From Macrostomum lignano (taxonomy: Eukaryota): a DNA stretch of 64,000 nucleotides. Below the pieces are notes generated by a model. It made no database searches. It was not told the origin of the DNA and saw only the letters and a list, made by a program, of their open reading frames with translations. Shown here piece by piece: positions 13,730 to 33,000 of this stretch (position 1 is the stretch's first letter; every line of letters begins with the position of its first letter). Position numbers and translations under genes: made by a program. The DNA lies in the NCBI GenBank assembly GCA_002269645.1, contig NIVC01000029.1, positions 1 to 64,000 of the forward strand, written 5' to 3'.

Positions 13730-14097
13730 GTCAGGGGCAATGAAATTGAGGTGTCAGGGACAATAGAATTGAGGTGTCAGGGGCAATAAAATTGAGGTGT
13801 CAGGGACAATAAAACTGAGGTGTCAGGGACAATAAAATTAAGGTGTCAGGAACAATAAAACTCAGGTGTCAGGGGCAATAAAATTGAGGTGTCAGGGACA
13901 ATAAAATTAAGGTGTCAGGGACAATAAAATTAAGGTGCCAGGGACAATAAAACTGAGGTGTCAGGGGCAATAAAATTGAGGTATCAGGGACAATAAAACT
14001 GAGGTGTCAGGGGCAATAAAATTGAGGTATCAGGGACAATAAAATTGAGGTGTCAGGGACAATAAAATTAAGGTGTCAGGGACAATAAAATTAGGTT
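13730..14097. repeat. Minisatellite, 23-bp unit (GAGGTGTCAGGGACAATAAAATT)
   Basis: Period 23 (13748, 13771, ...). Confidence 0.95.
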
Positions 14098-14716
14098 ATC
14101 GATGTGACAGAAACGCTAAAATGAGGGAACAGAAGGTCACAGAAGAATCGTAAAATAATGTGTCAGGGATGCTTAAAAGCCACACCTGAAGGGAGTCAGT
14201 AGGTGGGGCGAGTTGTCAGAAGCGTCAGGCTTATAACCACGACACACGACTGCACGTATTTTCAATATTTTGCTTTCCTAACCAAAAGAAACCTAAAGTT
14301 GCAACTTCTCTGTCATAAAGTTTGGCGAGCTTCCATTCTGACTTGGGGATCGAATTGCAAACGGACCGCCCGGCAGTGAGTCATGGACCACTAAGGCTAT
14401 TAAGGACCGTTCAAGCAGTGACCTCCGGTCAGGTAAAGATGAAGATTAGAAGGAAAAGATTGGACTTTCTGTCCTTTATACTTGTGTTATTTTTGCGCAC
14501 CGAATGGCCGCTTTTGTTATTATTGGAACCATAAATTGTTTTTTAAAGCTTTTCTGCTTTTCGAAACCACTGCCCCAAATATTCTTGGGGATATTTTGGT
14601 ACGTTAGAAATTTAGGAAGGTCAGGTTTTGGAACTGTAAAACTGCGAGCCGCGCGATATGAATATAGGCTCTAAGGTGATAGTGGCACTCCCAGTCACAC
14701 TGTATGGAGATAGTGG

Positions 14717-15020
14717 CCCCTGTCTCTTGGTGGATTTCCCTGTCTCTTGGTGGGCGCCCCTGTCTCTTGATGGGCGCCCCTGTCTCTTGGTGGGCGCCCC
14801 TGTCTCTTGGTGGGCGCCCCTGTCTCTTGGTGGGCGCCCCTGTCTCTTGATGGGCGCCCCTGTCTCTTGGTGGGCGCCCCTGTCTCTTGGTGGGCGCCCC
14901 TGTCTCTTGGTGGACGACCCTGTCTCTTGGTGGACGACCCTGTCTCTTGGTGGATGACCCTGTCTCTTGGTGGGCGCCCCTGTCTCTTGGTGGGCGCCCC
15001 TGTCTCTTGGTGGATTTCTG
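14717..15020. repeat. Minisatellite, 20-bp unit (CCTGTCTCTTGGTGGGCGCC), first array
   Basis: Seen directly. Confidence 0.95.
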
Positions 15021-15101
15021 TCATGTCCTCTTCTTCTGCTTCTATACCGACTATTGCCTCCAGGCTACCATCTGACATCAAAGTCAAGTCGAAGAAGCAT
15101 T

Positions 15102-15295
15102 GGGCCGTATGCAGAAAGCTCTGTCTAGGGTAGTCCGGTCTTGAAAAGCTAGTCTGGACTTGGATTTGGTATGCAGAAACACAAAGTTAGACCGGTCTAC
15201 TATAGACAGAACTAGGGTAGCTAGACCATAGACTATAGACTGAACTACCCAAGTCCGGACTAGCTAGTCTGGACTAAGCTTTCTGCATACGGCCC
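15102..15295. mobile_element. PIF/Harbinger-like MITE, 194 bp, 19-bp perfect TIRs, 3-bp TSD
   Basis: GGGCCGTATGCAGAAAGCT 15102-15120 and AGCTTTCTGCATACGGCCC 15277-15295; ATT on both sides (15099-15101, 15296-15298). GGGCC termini with a 3-bp AT-rich TSD fit Harbinger. Confidence 0.75.
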
Positions 15296-15477
15296 ATTAT
15301 TTAAAATACGAGCTGTTCACAAGCTTTATTTGCCTCTAGCCGGCGCACGTCTTGCTTGCCCTTTGTAATACTGTTAGCCTTCGGCTCTTAAAGAAATAAA
15401 ATATTGTACCCTAGACTATAGACAAAAGAAGGGAAGCATTAGTGCATTTGCTAAACCAAAAGTCCATACACAACAAT

Positions 15478-15775
15478 TTCCCTGTCTCTTGGTGGATTTC
15501 CCTGTCTCTTGGTGGATTTCCCTGTCTCTTGGTGGATTTCCCTGTCTCTTGGTGGATTTCCCTGTCTCTTGGTGGATTTCCCTGTCTCTTGGTGGATTTC
15601 CCTGTCTCTTGGTGGATTTCCCTGTCTCTTGGTGGATTTCCCTGTCTCTTGGTGGACGACCCTGTATCTTGGTGGACGGCCCTGTCTCTTGGTGGACGAC
15701 CCTGTCTCTTGGTGGATTTCCCTGTCTCTTGCTGGGCGCCCCTGTCTCTTGGTGGATGACCCTGTCTCTTGGTGG
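15478..15775. repeat. Minisatellite, 20-bp unit (CCTGTCTCTTGGTGGATTTC), second array of the same family as 14717-15020
   Basis: Shares the CCTGTCTCTTGGTGG core and the GGATTTC, GGACGAC and GGGCGCC variants. Confidence 0.95.
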
Positions 15776-16934
15776 GCAAGAGGTGGCAAGAGCTGAGCTC
15801 TTGTCGAGCTTAGTTGTCTCTGTCATTGGCAGTAGTCATCGGCGATTTAAATCCCTACGATAAACTTCAATAAGCCACGCTAAGCTTCAAAGCTAAGCCA
15901 TTAACAGAATAAGACATCACTAACCGCTAATACGGAACAACAAACGGCATGCGTTGCTTGATACTATCAGATATATAGAAGACGCCTACAGATATTTAAA
16001 AGAAAATCAACACAGATAAAGCTGAGGACGAACGGCCCATCTAGCGATTGTTTGACAATCATTAAGACGCGATACAATGACTCATTTCGCGGCGCTTGCA
16101 AGATTCAGTAGCGTATTTACCCCCGACGAGTTTTCACACCTCAAGCTTGGCTGCATCTCCAGCCTCCTCTCCTCCCCATCCCCCGGTTCAGCAGTTCTGC
16201 TTCCTGGAAAATCCAGAAGCACCTCCTCATCCCACACTCCCCGCCTCTCTCCCACAATGCTGGCTCGATGCCTGCAGACAAATATCTTTCAGCAAGCAGC
16301 ATCGCGTCAGGCAAGAACTGGGATCGTTTCTTCCTAACTGCCTCATTGCCCTGAGCCGTGTCACACTTTGAGAAGGCTTTCGTGCCTTTGGGAAGAGAAG
16401 TGAATAGTAGGAAACGGGGGGAGGGGGGAAAGTAAGGAAGAATTGGGAGAAAACGGAGGTCGATTCTCGCTTCCCGATGCTTGTGAAACCCCTGGGCCCC
16501 AGCCGCACAGACCGAGAATGAGGAGTATTAGTGAGTGGGAGAAAGGGAAAATGGGAAAGATGTCTGAGAAACATTCATTATACTCCATGGTTCCCGCGGA
16601 GCCCCGGTGCACGCAAATAGAGCGACGAGAGGTGACTAATAATTCATGCCTTGCTGTGAGACCTCACTGCCAGGACCAGCAAGGCCATTCCACTCCTCCC
16701 ACTTTTCTCACGTCGCTCTTGCTCTAAACTGCACCAAGGAGTTCCCAGAAACAGAACTTGGAGCAAAGACTTCTTGCCGAATTTCATTTTTTTTTCACAG
16801 ACAGTCGAGAGTGATTGCATAACAAATTAATAGAAAAACTAATCTAGATAAAAAATCTCTTCTTCCATTTTCTAAATGTAGAAAACTGTTCTTATGAATG
16901 AAATTATTTCTAAATAAGTCTTAAAAAAACTTAA

Positions 16935-17245
16935 AAGCAAGTTTTGTTATAATCCGTTCGGCTAAAAACCGTTTATTCAGATTTAAAATGAAAGTAAGTT
17001 TTGTGATAATCGGTTCAGTTAAAAATCGTTTATTTAGATTTCAAATGAAAGCAAGTTTTGTTATAATCGGTTCATTTAAAAATCGTTTATTCAGATTTTA
17101 AATGACAGAAAGTTTTGTTATAATTAGTTCATTTAAAAATCGTTTATTCAGATTTTAAATGACAGAAATTTTTGTTATAATCGGTTCATTTAAAAATCGT
17201 TTATTCAGATTTTAAATGACAGAAAGTTTTGTTATAATCGGTTCA
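16935..17245. repeat. Tandem repeat, 57-bp AT-rich unit x ~5.5
   Basis: AAGTTTTGTTATAATCGGTTCA recurs about every 57 bp. Confidence 0.9.
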
Positions 17246-17899
17246 GATGCTCCGATAAATTTCTTTTAGTTTTAGTATAGTGGATGTGCAAGAGATGCAT
17301 AATTCCAAGTTCTGTTTTTGGGTGTCCTTGGCACAGCTCCATACCCCTTAGGCATCTCTATTATATAGCTAAAACGTAATTTAGTGTAAGCAGCCTGAGT
17401 AATGTTCCCCACTGCAGCGCCACTGCTGAGAATCCCAAAAAATCACCCTGACCCCCTCCTCAAAGGCCGCAATGGTTTCAATGTCGCTAAAGCATTTAGC
17501 CAGATCTGCCCGGCTCACTCACCCCAGCTTTCATCCTATGAAAGCCTTGCCCACTGGTATATACGCTGTTAATGCCCTTCACCGCTAAACCTTCACCTAG
17601 AATAGCTGCGATTATACTATGGGCTTACATTGTATTATATACTGGCCAGCGTCAAATCTAGGCATTTTAGTGAAATTAAATATTAATTACTAAGCAAAAC
17701 GGGCTATTGTTGCAGAGATCAGCGTCTGCATTAACTGTAAGCTCTTTTCTAGAGGCTAATAAAACTCTTTGAGCTCGTCGCCGCTTAGTTTCCTAACTAC
17801 GAGTAGGAAACTAATTCGTGATTGAGTTTTTCTTACAGCTAAATAATTTAATTTACCACCTGCTGCTCAACAGGACTTCTCCACTTCTCCCTACCTATA

Positions 17900-18502
17900 T
17901 CCCTCTATCTCCCTCTCCATCTCCGTCTCCATCTCCCTCTCCATCTCCCTCTCAATCTCCCTCTCCCTCTCCCTCTCCCTCTCCCTCTACCTCTCCCTCT
18001 CCCTCTCCCTCTCCCTCTACCTCTCCCTCTCCATCTCCCTCTCCCTCTCCCTCTCCATCTCCCTCTCCCTCTCCCTCTCCCTCTCCATCTCCCTCTCCCT
18101 CTCCCTCTCCCTCTCCCTCTCCCTCTCCCTCTCCCTCTACCTCTCCATCTCCCTCTCCATCTCCCTCTCTCTCCCTCTCCCTCTCCCTCTCAATCTCCCT
18201 CTCAATCTCCCTCTTCCTCTCCCTCTCCCACTACCTCTCCCTCTCCCTTTCCCTCTCCATCTCCCCCATCTCCCTCTCCATCTCCCTCTCCATCTCCCTC
18301 TCCATCTCCCTCTCCATCTCCATCTCCCTCTCCATCTCCCTCTCCATCTCCCTCTCCCTTTCCCTCTCCATCTCCCCCATCTCCCTCTCCATCTCCCTCT
18401 CCATCTCCCTCTCCATCTCCCTCTCCATCTCCCTCTCCATCTCCCTCTCCATCTCCCTCTCCATCTCCCTCTCCATCTCCCTCTCCATCTCCCTCTCTAT
18501 CT
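17900..18502. repeat. Pyrimidine-rich compound microsatellite (CCCTCT)n / (CCCTCTCCATCT)n
   Basis: Seen directly; source of the poly-SP and EMER ORFs. Confidence 0.97.
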
Positions 18503-19088
18503 ACCCTCTCTCCTATTTTATCAAATGCTTATTTTGCAAAACTCCGTTCTCTGAGCCTCTCCTTTAAACTTTTTTTTAGATTTTTATGCTCTGTTTCGCA
18601 TGCAGTCACATGTCGCTTTTAAAATCCTTTCTCTCTTACACGTTTTTTCAAGAGAAAGGTAGACCTAAAGCCAATGAACCAAGCTACACCCAACTGTAAC
18701 ACTTCAAAAAGGTGAAAGGCCATTTTGAGCTGAGTTAGCGAGGCGAGAATAGCGGATGGATAGAGCCAACTGCATCATGAGTGAGGTTATACAATCCATT
18801 TTCTCACCTGCAACACCTGTCAATCATCAGCTTCCATTCGCATGCTTTGTTCCAGCAGCAGTGAAAAAAACTGAGCTTTAAGCCGATGTCGATTTTCTCT
18901 GCTTTCCACGTCATCAAAAATTCTTGAAATTTCCCTGACTGCCAGACTGAAGTCAGGGAGGTTCAGGGGTTGCCAGTCTGAAAAAACCTTGGCAGAACAG
19001 CTTCTACGAGGGTATTAACTAGGAGCGTTAGGAGTCTAACTTATCCGTACATGTTCATTACAATCCGAATTTTTAGACACGCTGCACA

Positions 19089-25568
<6,480 letters not shown>

Positions 25569-26898
25569 ACTCGAACCCTTCGCTAAAGGAACAAGATTGG
25601 ACAAAAAAGGATATTGAGCTGCACAGACGATCCTGGCCGGGTAGTCAGGTGTTCAAAGAGCTTGGTTATAATAAGCCATTGTCACTTCCCGAGTATTGTG
25701 AGGCTTAATACCGGTAGTCAGCCAATGATGAGGCGGGATCCTCCCTGCCCCATTCCACCAGTAAGTGGTCGCGCTGAACAAGAGTGCAAAACTCTCTTGC
25801 GGGGCAGTTGCAGTGCCTATATAGGCCTAAATTAGGTTCCAAGTTATTTACCAAGCAGATCAATGTTCAGAATTATTGCGCTAATACTGTCCATTTTACA
25901 TGTATCTGATTTCTATCTTCTATTTTATCTGTCAACAATGCAACACTGCCTCTTCTTGTGGTAAATGGTAGCACAATCAGCTGACACAATGTTATGTACT
26001 ACTATTAAAGTATATACGTGTAAATAATATCGTATGTTTACTACTAGTACGAATATATAATTGCAATCACAATTAATTAAGTCCTCAGCTTTTTTGCTTT
26101 TCAGCAGAGACAATGATTCTTTATGCAAGCTTTTAAACCCGGAGAAATTAGTATCCAATTCTTTGTTGGAAATAAACTGCTTGTCTGTGAATTTCAAATT
26201 CGTGTTGGGTTAGTTTTTTAAACTAACTTCGCTTTGTTTTATAAATAATAAATATACTCAACTAGCACTTGGCCTGACGCTTCTTGGGGTTCAAACCTAC
26301 ATTTCAATTTGAAAGCCTTCTAACTCATATTTTCGAATTGGTGCGAAAAAAGCACTAGCTGCTAAGAGCGTAACAAAGCATCGTAAACCATCGAATTAGT
26401 ATTAAGTTACTAAGATAGCTAGGAAAACGCTGTCTGAAAAATATAAAAAACCTCGCTTCATTGAGCTGATTGCAAAACTGCTGACAGATTACAGAATTTT
26501 CAGCCGCGTTCCAACTGGAGTGCGAGGTGTTGACGCAAAGCCAACGGTGCAGTCGCACTATTGCGGCGCCGACTACAGATAGAAATGTTTTTTATCAACT
26601 GGTGCAGACACTGGCACTCGTCAACTAAGAGATAGAAGCACGCTGTTTAGCGGAAAAGTAATCTATACACTTGGTACGAAGAAAAAATTTACCACTTCAG
26701 CATAATTGTGTGCGTAGTGAGAGTCAATACAATTTGATTTCTTTGGGCCCATTCTGCGCACTAAGAAAGTTTATTGCGCAAACTGCTAACCCGACCAAAC
26801 GGTAGCTTATCTTTCAGTTGGCTGAGCGAGAAAATTCTGCTGACTGAAGCGACAAACCCCCTGTGCCAAAGTATCGACTTTTGACCCCGACAAAATAC

Positions 26899-26904
26899 TA
26901 TAAA
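26899..26904 (+). promoter_or_regulatory. Candidate TATA box of the LLTP gene
   Basis: TATAAA 134 bp upstream of the ATG at 27038. Confidence 0.5.
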
Positions 26905-27037
26905 TGGAAGGAAAAGATTCGTTTTCACCTCAACAGAGCCATCACTGTGGCCAACCAGTGGATTTCTTTCTGCAATCGAAGACAAACAACTCACTAGCGC
27001 AGGAGCTGCAACGCAAGGCCCTGCCATTCGTGCTACC

Positions 27038-30000
27038 ATGAATCTGAAGCTGCTCGTTGCAGCCTGCTGTCTGCTTGCCGCTGTGCAAGCACGTAAGTCG
27101 CTATTCAACTATTTGGATATTTAGCTGTGCCATTACTAGTATGATAATCCCATCGAAAGCGCATAGAGGATTGAGCCAGCTAGTTAGTCGTCAGGAGAGT
27201 TGTTAACACTGCCTCAATTCAAACTGCAACAATCGATTACGAGTATGTTCGTGTACTCTAAGAACTCGAAAGAGAGAGCGAGAGAGAGATGCTTTACCTC
27301 ACAACTTCATAAGAAAATCTGTTACTTATTACAATAATTATGCATTCCAACAATCCAAAGGACCCCCGCGGCCCCTGAGCAGCAGCTGCTCAGCGTCCTG
27401 CGTCTCGCGCACCTTCTGGTCCGGCTACCGGGCTGGCAACGTGTACACCTACGACTTCGACCAGTCTGTCGAGCTCTCCTCCGAGCTCAATCCGAGCCAA
27501 GCTAGTCACCTGCAAATCAACGGCCAGGCCAAGGTTGAAGTACTCAGCGACTGCGAGATGGCGCTCACCGTCGAGGTTAAGAACGCAAAGGTTGGCGACT
27601 TGGACGACGCCAGCTCACTCAGTCCGCGCGATCCGCCAGCCAAGGTGCTCGCTGGTCTGCGCGCGCCGCTGCGCTTCGCTTTCGACAACGGTCGCGTCGT
27701 GGAGCTGTGCCCCGGCGCTGAGGAGACCCGCGCCAGCTTGAACCTGAAGCGCGGCCTGCTGTCCCAGCTGCAGGTGTCCACCGAGCAGCGAGGCCAGGCT
27801 CACGAGCTCGAGGAGCGCGACATTCTCGGCGACTGCTGGACGGAGTACACGCCCGAGGGACCCAACACGCTCGTTAAGACCAAGGATCTGGCCAAGTGCA
27901 AGAAGCTGAACTATCAATCCTATCCGCTGCTAGGCGTGAAATCTTTTGAGGATGAGGTGCGTATTTCAAGATTGCAACAGCTTTTTTGTTCGTTTCATGA
28001 ACAACTACAGCTCCCGACAGTGTATCTGACAACCTATAAGCTTTAACTCTTTACTAATCAACTCTTCAGACCACCCAGTCAAAGCGCCCGATTACCAAGG
28101 GTAGCCTGACTTGCCGAATGGAAATCGACCCCGAACGGGACATTGTCAAATCCACCAGCTGCCAGGAGGAGCAGCGCCAGAGCGCTCGTCACCAATCGGA
28201 CAGCATCGAGGAGAAGATCCGCACCACCACCCGTCTGACCCTGAAGAACGAGGAGAGCGGCCTCATCAGCGCACTGCACGAGGTGAGCAAGAGAACCGAC
28301 CTGCGCCACGGCCACAAGTCGAGCAGCCAGTGCCAGAATGCCAGCGCCTGGCTCGAAGAGGACATCTTCCACAGCGCCACCGAGTGCGTCGAGAGGAAGC
28401 ACGGTGCTGAAACCTCAAGCCAGTACTTTGCCAAGGCCAACGAGACCCTCAACCAGTTGTGCGAGGCCACGAAGAATCAGTCGATGAGCCGCGATGTGCC
28501 GAAGAAATACGCCGATCTGATCAAATACATGCGCGGAATAACCGACAAGGCGCAACTGGCCCAGCTCTACAAGCAGGTCCGAGCTGCAGGATATTGTGAC
28601 AGGAATCCCCTGATGCTGGTAATTCTGCGCTCGGCTATCCCGACCGTGGGCACTAAGCAGAGCGTTCAGTTCATCATCGACGAGCTGCAAAAGTCCGAGG
28701 ACAGTGCCGCAGGCCGCAACGACTGGATTGTGAACGGTGTCGCCCTGATGCAGCATCCGACTCCCGAGATCCTGCCGGGATTGCTGGTAAGAGCAACTTG
28801 ATTAAAATAAACTGACCTTATTTTACTGTCTCCATATCTGTTTATTAAAACAAACGAATCCTGACCTTTCAGAGCTACGTGAGGTCCCTTCGCGACCAGG
28901 ACCAAGCACTCATCACTGGCGTGAACCGTGACGAGCCCCTCGCTTTGTCCGCTGTTGTGCACAAGATCTGCCAAGAGCTGCCGAACTGCGAGTCCGACTC
29001 CCGCGTGAAGGCCGTTATCGACTATTTCGCCGACTCGCTAGGACCGGCGTGCGCCAAGTTCAACGGTGCCGATTCGGACAACGCTTTCGTGGCTCTGCTG
29101 GCTATCGGAAACATGGGTCGGATGCGAGGAGGCGTCAACTCCCTTGTCCAGTGCGCCAACAATCAGCGTCTGCAGATCGTCTACCGAGCCTTTGCTCTGC
29201 ACTCGCTGCGCCGATTTTCTAACTTCTCCACTACTGATAAACATCAACTGAGCAATCTGCTGCTCGACGAGAGCCAAGACGCCGAAGTTCGAATCGCTGC
29301 TTTCCAAGCTCTGGCCCGCCACGGTTTCAGCAACCCCTCAATGCTGCGCGATTATATTCGTCAACTCCTCGATAGGACCGAGGCCGACCGTCAGGTTCAG
29401 ATGTTTGTCTACACTCACCTGAAAAACCTGAAGGGCCAGGACGCTCGCATCATGTCCCCGATTCTACTGAGCGCCAAGACCGCCACAGAGCTGAAGAAGC
29501 TAAGCCGCCGTCAGTATTCCAACGTCCTCAAAGGCCAGTACTACAGTCCTGCCCTTGAGGCCGGAGCCCAGGCCGAGGTGCCCATCGTGTTCTCCGCCCA
29601 GTCCGCCATCCCGCGCTACATCGGCCTCAACCTGACGGTGAACATGCCGAGCCAGGGCCAGTCCATCAATCTTATGGAGATCGGCCTGCGCATGCAGGGG
29701 CTCGAGAAGCTGATCGAGCAGACGTACAGCCTGATTGCTAAAAAGTACAGCCAGTCCGAGCCATCCTCTGATGAGGCTCCCGCTACTGCCCAGCAACCCG
29801 ATGACCTTACCGATGAGCAGCGCCGTCTTACCCAGACGCGAATCGAGCCGCGAATTGACCTGTTCGTTCGACGCTACGGGGTCGAGCTGTCGCACACCGA
29901 TCTCAGCGGCGGAATCATCGAGTCCCTGCCTGCTTTGATTGCCAGCGGACAGGCTGGAAGCCTCATGCCGTCTATGGTCAGCGGGAAACCCGGCGCCGCG

Positions 30001-33000
30001 GCTGGAACTCTCATGGAGAGCACGTTGTCTATCCCTACCACTGCAGGCCTGCCAATTCTGGTGAAGCAAGAGTCTCACTACGTCACCAACCTGCGTTCTG
30101 AAATGAGCTTCAGCCAGAGCACCGGCTTAGAGGCCACGGTGCAGGTGCAACCGACGGCCGCCATCCAGATGCTGCGCACAGTTGCTGTGGACGCCATCTT
30201 CGAACGCGCCGGAATCCAGTCTAGCACCAGCTTCCTGTCCAGCACCGGAGTGCGCGTCAACCTGAAAAAAAATCTTGATGACAGTTCCGATCGCCAGCTG
30301 TTGGTCAAGATCGAGCCACTGAACAAGAGGCAGAGCGTTGCTGAGGTCAAGACTGAGGTGAAGTTTTTCCAGCACACCGCCGGCAAGCAGCACGTTGAGA
30401 AGGCACTGACACCGCAGCAAGCTAGCGTCCAAAGCGAAAGATGCGTAGAGGGTCTGGCCAAGAAGCTTGGCGGACACAAGATCTGCTTCAAGACTGAGAG
30501 CCTTCCAAACTGCCAGACAAGCCCGTGCAAGATCCTCCAGTGCCCAAGCAGCTACCAGCTGTTCCTGGAAAAGAGTGACGACTTTAGCGCCTTCGAGGTG
30601 AACTACAAGTGGAAGAGTCAGCGCAGCGAAAAGCAACTGCAGCTATTGATTGGTGATCGAAAGTCAAAGGAGCGACTGCTGAAGTTCAACATCCAGTCGG
30701 TCAGCCGTAGAGACAACATCAGCTACAAACTCGAGCTGCAAAACCCGATCTTCCCGATTGTCATTGATTCAAACTTCACCAAGTCCGAATCTGGACACCA
30801 GGTGAACGCAAAGGCTCAGATTGGCTCTGTCGAGTATTTGGCTACTGGCTCAGTTCGACCTGACTCAGAGAAGGGAGTTATGTAAGTGTATGAGTAATCA
30901 TTAGTATTAGCTCTTATTCCTTCATATCAGTGCCTGCCACTTCGAATTTAAAGAATTCGTATTTATTTTTAACAGCATTCAGGGAGAGGTTCACCCGAAA
31001 GATAAGATCGACCAGAAGGTGCAAGTGACCCTGGAGCACAAGTTCTCTGGCCTGACTCCGGTGCTGCTGCCAATCGCTACCACTAAGCTGCAGGCTAAGA
31101 TGCACACGAAAAACGAGCTTAACCTTGAGTACGATCTTAAGCTGCAGGAGTCTAACTTCTTCTGGCAGATGGGCTCCGAGTACAAGACTCAGAAGGGCGA
31201 CACGACCGCCGTGCGCTACCGGGTTCAGTACCGCCAGACTGTCGAAGGCAGCGCCGACGACGCTTCCACCGTTTTCCTGTACGACTTTGCCCTGCAGAAC
31301 CCTATGGGCAAGAATTTCATGCACAATTTGCACTCAAAGTTGACCAGCCGATCGGAAGCTGACGGAAAGCAGTACAGCGCCACCATCAGCCACAAGCTGC
31401 AGTACGGCAGCGACAGTGCTAAGTCTCCATTCGACTTCGATGCCCGATTCGGCGTCAAGAAGATCGAGCAAAGCCAGAAGACTGAAATTTCCGGCTCTGG
31501 AGAGGTCACCTACTCGAAGGAGGGCAGGTCTGTGACAGCCAAAGTGGATCGGGTGAAGATCGAGATGAGTCAGTTTACCAACGCTACTGATGGACTTGGA
31601 AAGCAGTACAAATATGCGCTGAGCTATGGAATTAGCTTTGAGGTAAGCAAATCTGTGGGTTTTTACTAATCGGAACCTTGGCTTTAAAATATACAGTTGG
31701 ATTTAACTCTGGAAAAATCCTATCAATATCACAGGGACAAACTGCCCAGTACCAAGCCGAGCTGCAGCACCTTCCATGGGGTCGTTGGTCCCTTGGAAAG
31801 CAGGCGGTCCAGATGAAGGCTAAAGCTCAACTTGGAAGCAAAAGTTACGCCATCCAGGTTAAGCATGTCCTGAACACTGAGAAGATGCTGAGCGAGCAAA
31901 TTGCCAAGGCCGAGTACAACGATTACGTCTACTTCCATCTGCAGAGCAAGCTGCAGAAGGCGGAAGGCGTTGACGCAATCAGGCACGAGTTTTTCTGGCA
32001 GGACTGGCAGGATAACAAAATGGAAATCAAGAGCGGCCTGACCCGACCGGAGGAAGGTGTCGTGAACGCCGACGTCATTGTCAAGAAGAACGACGCAAAG
32101 GTTCTTAGCAGCATCCATAGCCTCCGTCTGAAGCAGGTAGGCCCAGAGAGAGATCACGAGCTGAAGCACAAGATGACTCTGGAGACCCGGGAGAAGACTT
32201 ACGACGTAGAGAACCGCGTTAGTATCGATCAACAGTCCCTTGCCGACATTGCTGAACTCATGGCTTACCAGGTCCGTCTGGTAGCTGGGAGATACAGGAT
32301 CGAAAAGAGCCTACAACTGCTCAACGACCTGCTGTGGGGCATGCGATTCGAACACGAAAGCAAAATGACTGGACCAGCAGCTACTCAGGAAATCGTTCTT
32401 CAAAACGTCATCAAGCTAGAAAGCCGCGAGGGCGAGATCTGGAAACACCTGCTTCGCGTGAAGGGCTGGTCTGATAGCGAAGTTAAATACGGTGTGAGCG
32501 CCGCCAGAACTAAAGACAGCGCTTCTGGCAAGGGAATCAAGGTCGAAGTCTATTGCAAAGATCAGTCTATAAAGTCGAATGCTAGCTATGATGGTGAGAG
32601 TGGCAGTTTGAAGATCGCTTCTATGGACTCTTGGAGATGGCATGACGTCAAGATGGACATGAAGATTCGTTATCTGGATTATTCGACGAGATCTCCTAAG
32701 TACGAGGCCCTAGCCAACTTGGAGGGTCAAATCAGTGCTGTGCCATTGAGCTCCAAACTGAACGTCACTGGTGGTCGTGCAGATTCCGAGAACTACTTGG
32801 TCGCTGCTCTTACCATCCGGGAAACTAAACTGCGTCTTGAACTCAATGCAGCCCCAACTCGAAAGGCAGCCGAACTGAAGCTCGAAGGCGACTTTGGAGT
32901 TTTGCCCCTCAAGTCGATGAAGGCAAAATCTGAAATCAGCCAGGACAACGGCGCTCAGTTCGAGTCGGAGATTGAGATCGACAACACCAAGATCGTGGGC

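Noticed and set aside
12454-15863. AKMSACS, LILALQA and WWAPLSLGG ORFs; CRISPR-like periodicity
   Set aside because: Head-to-tail minisatellites with no unique spacers, in eukaryotic DNA; not CRISPR arrays or genes.
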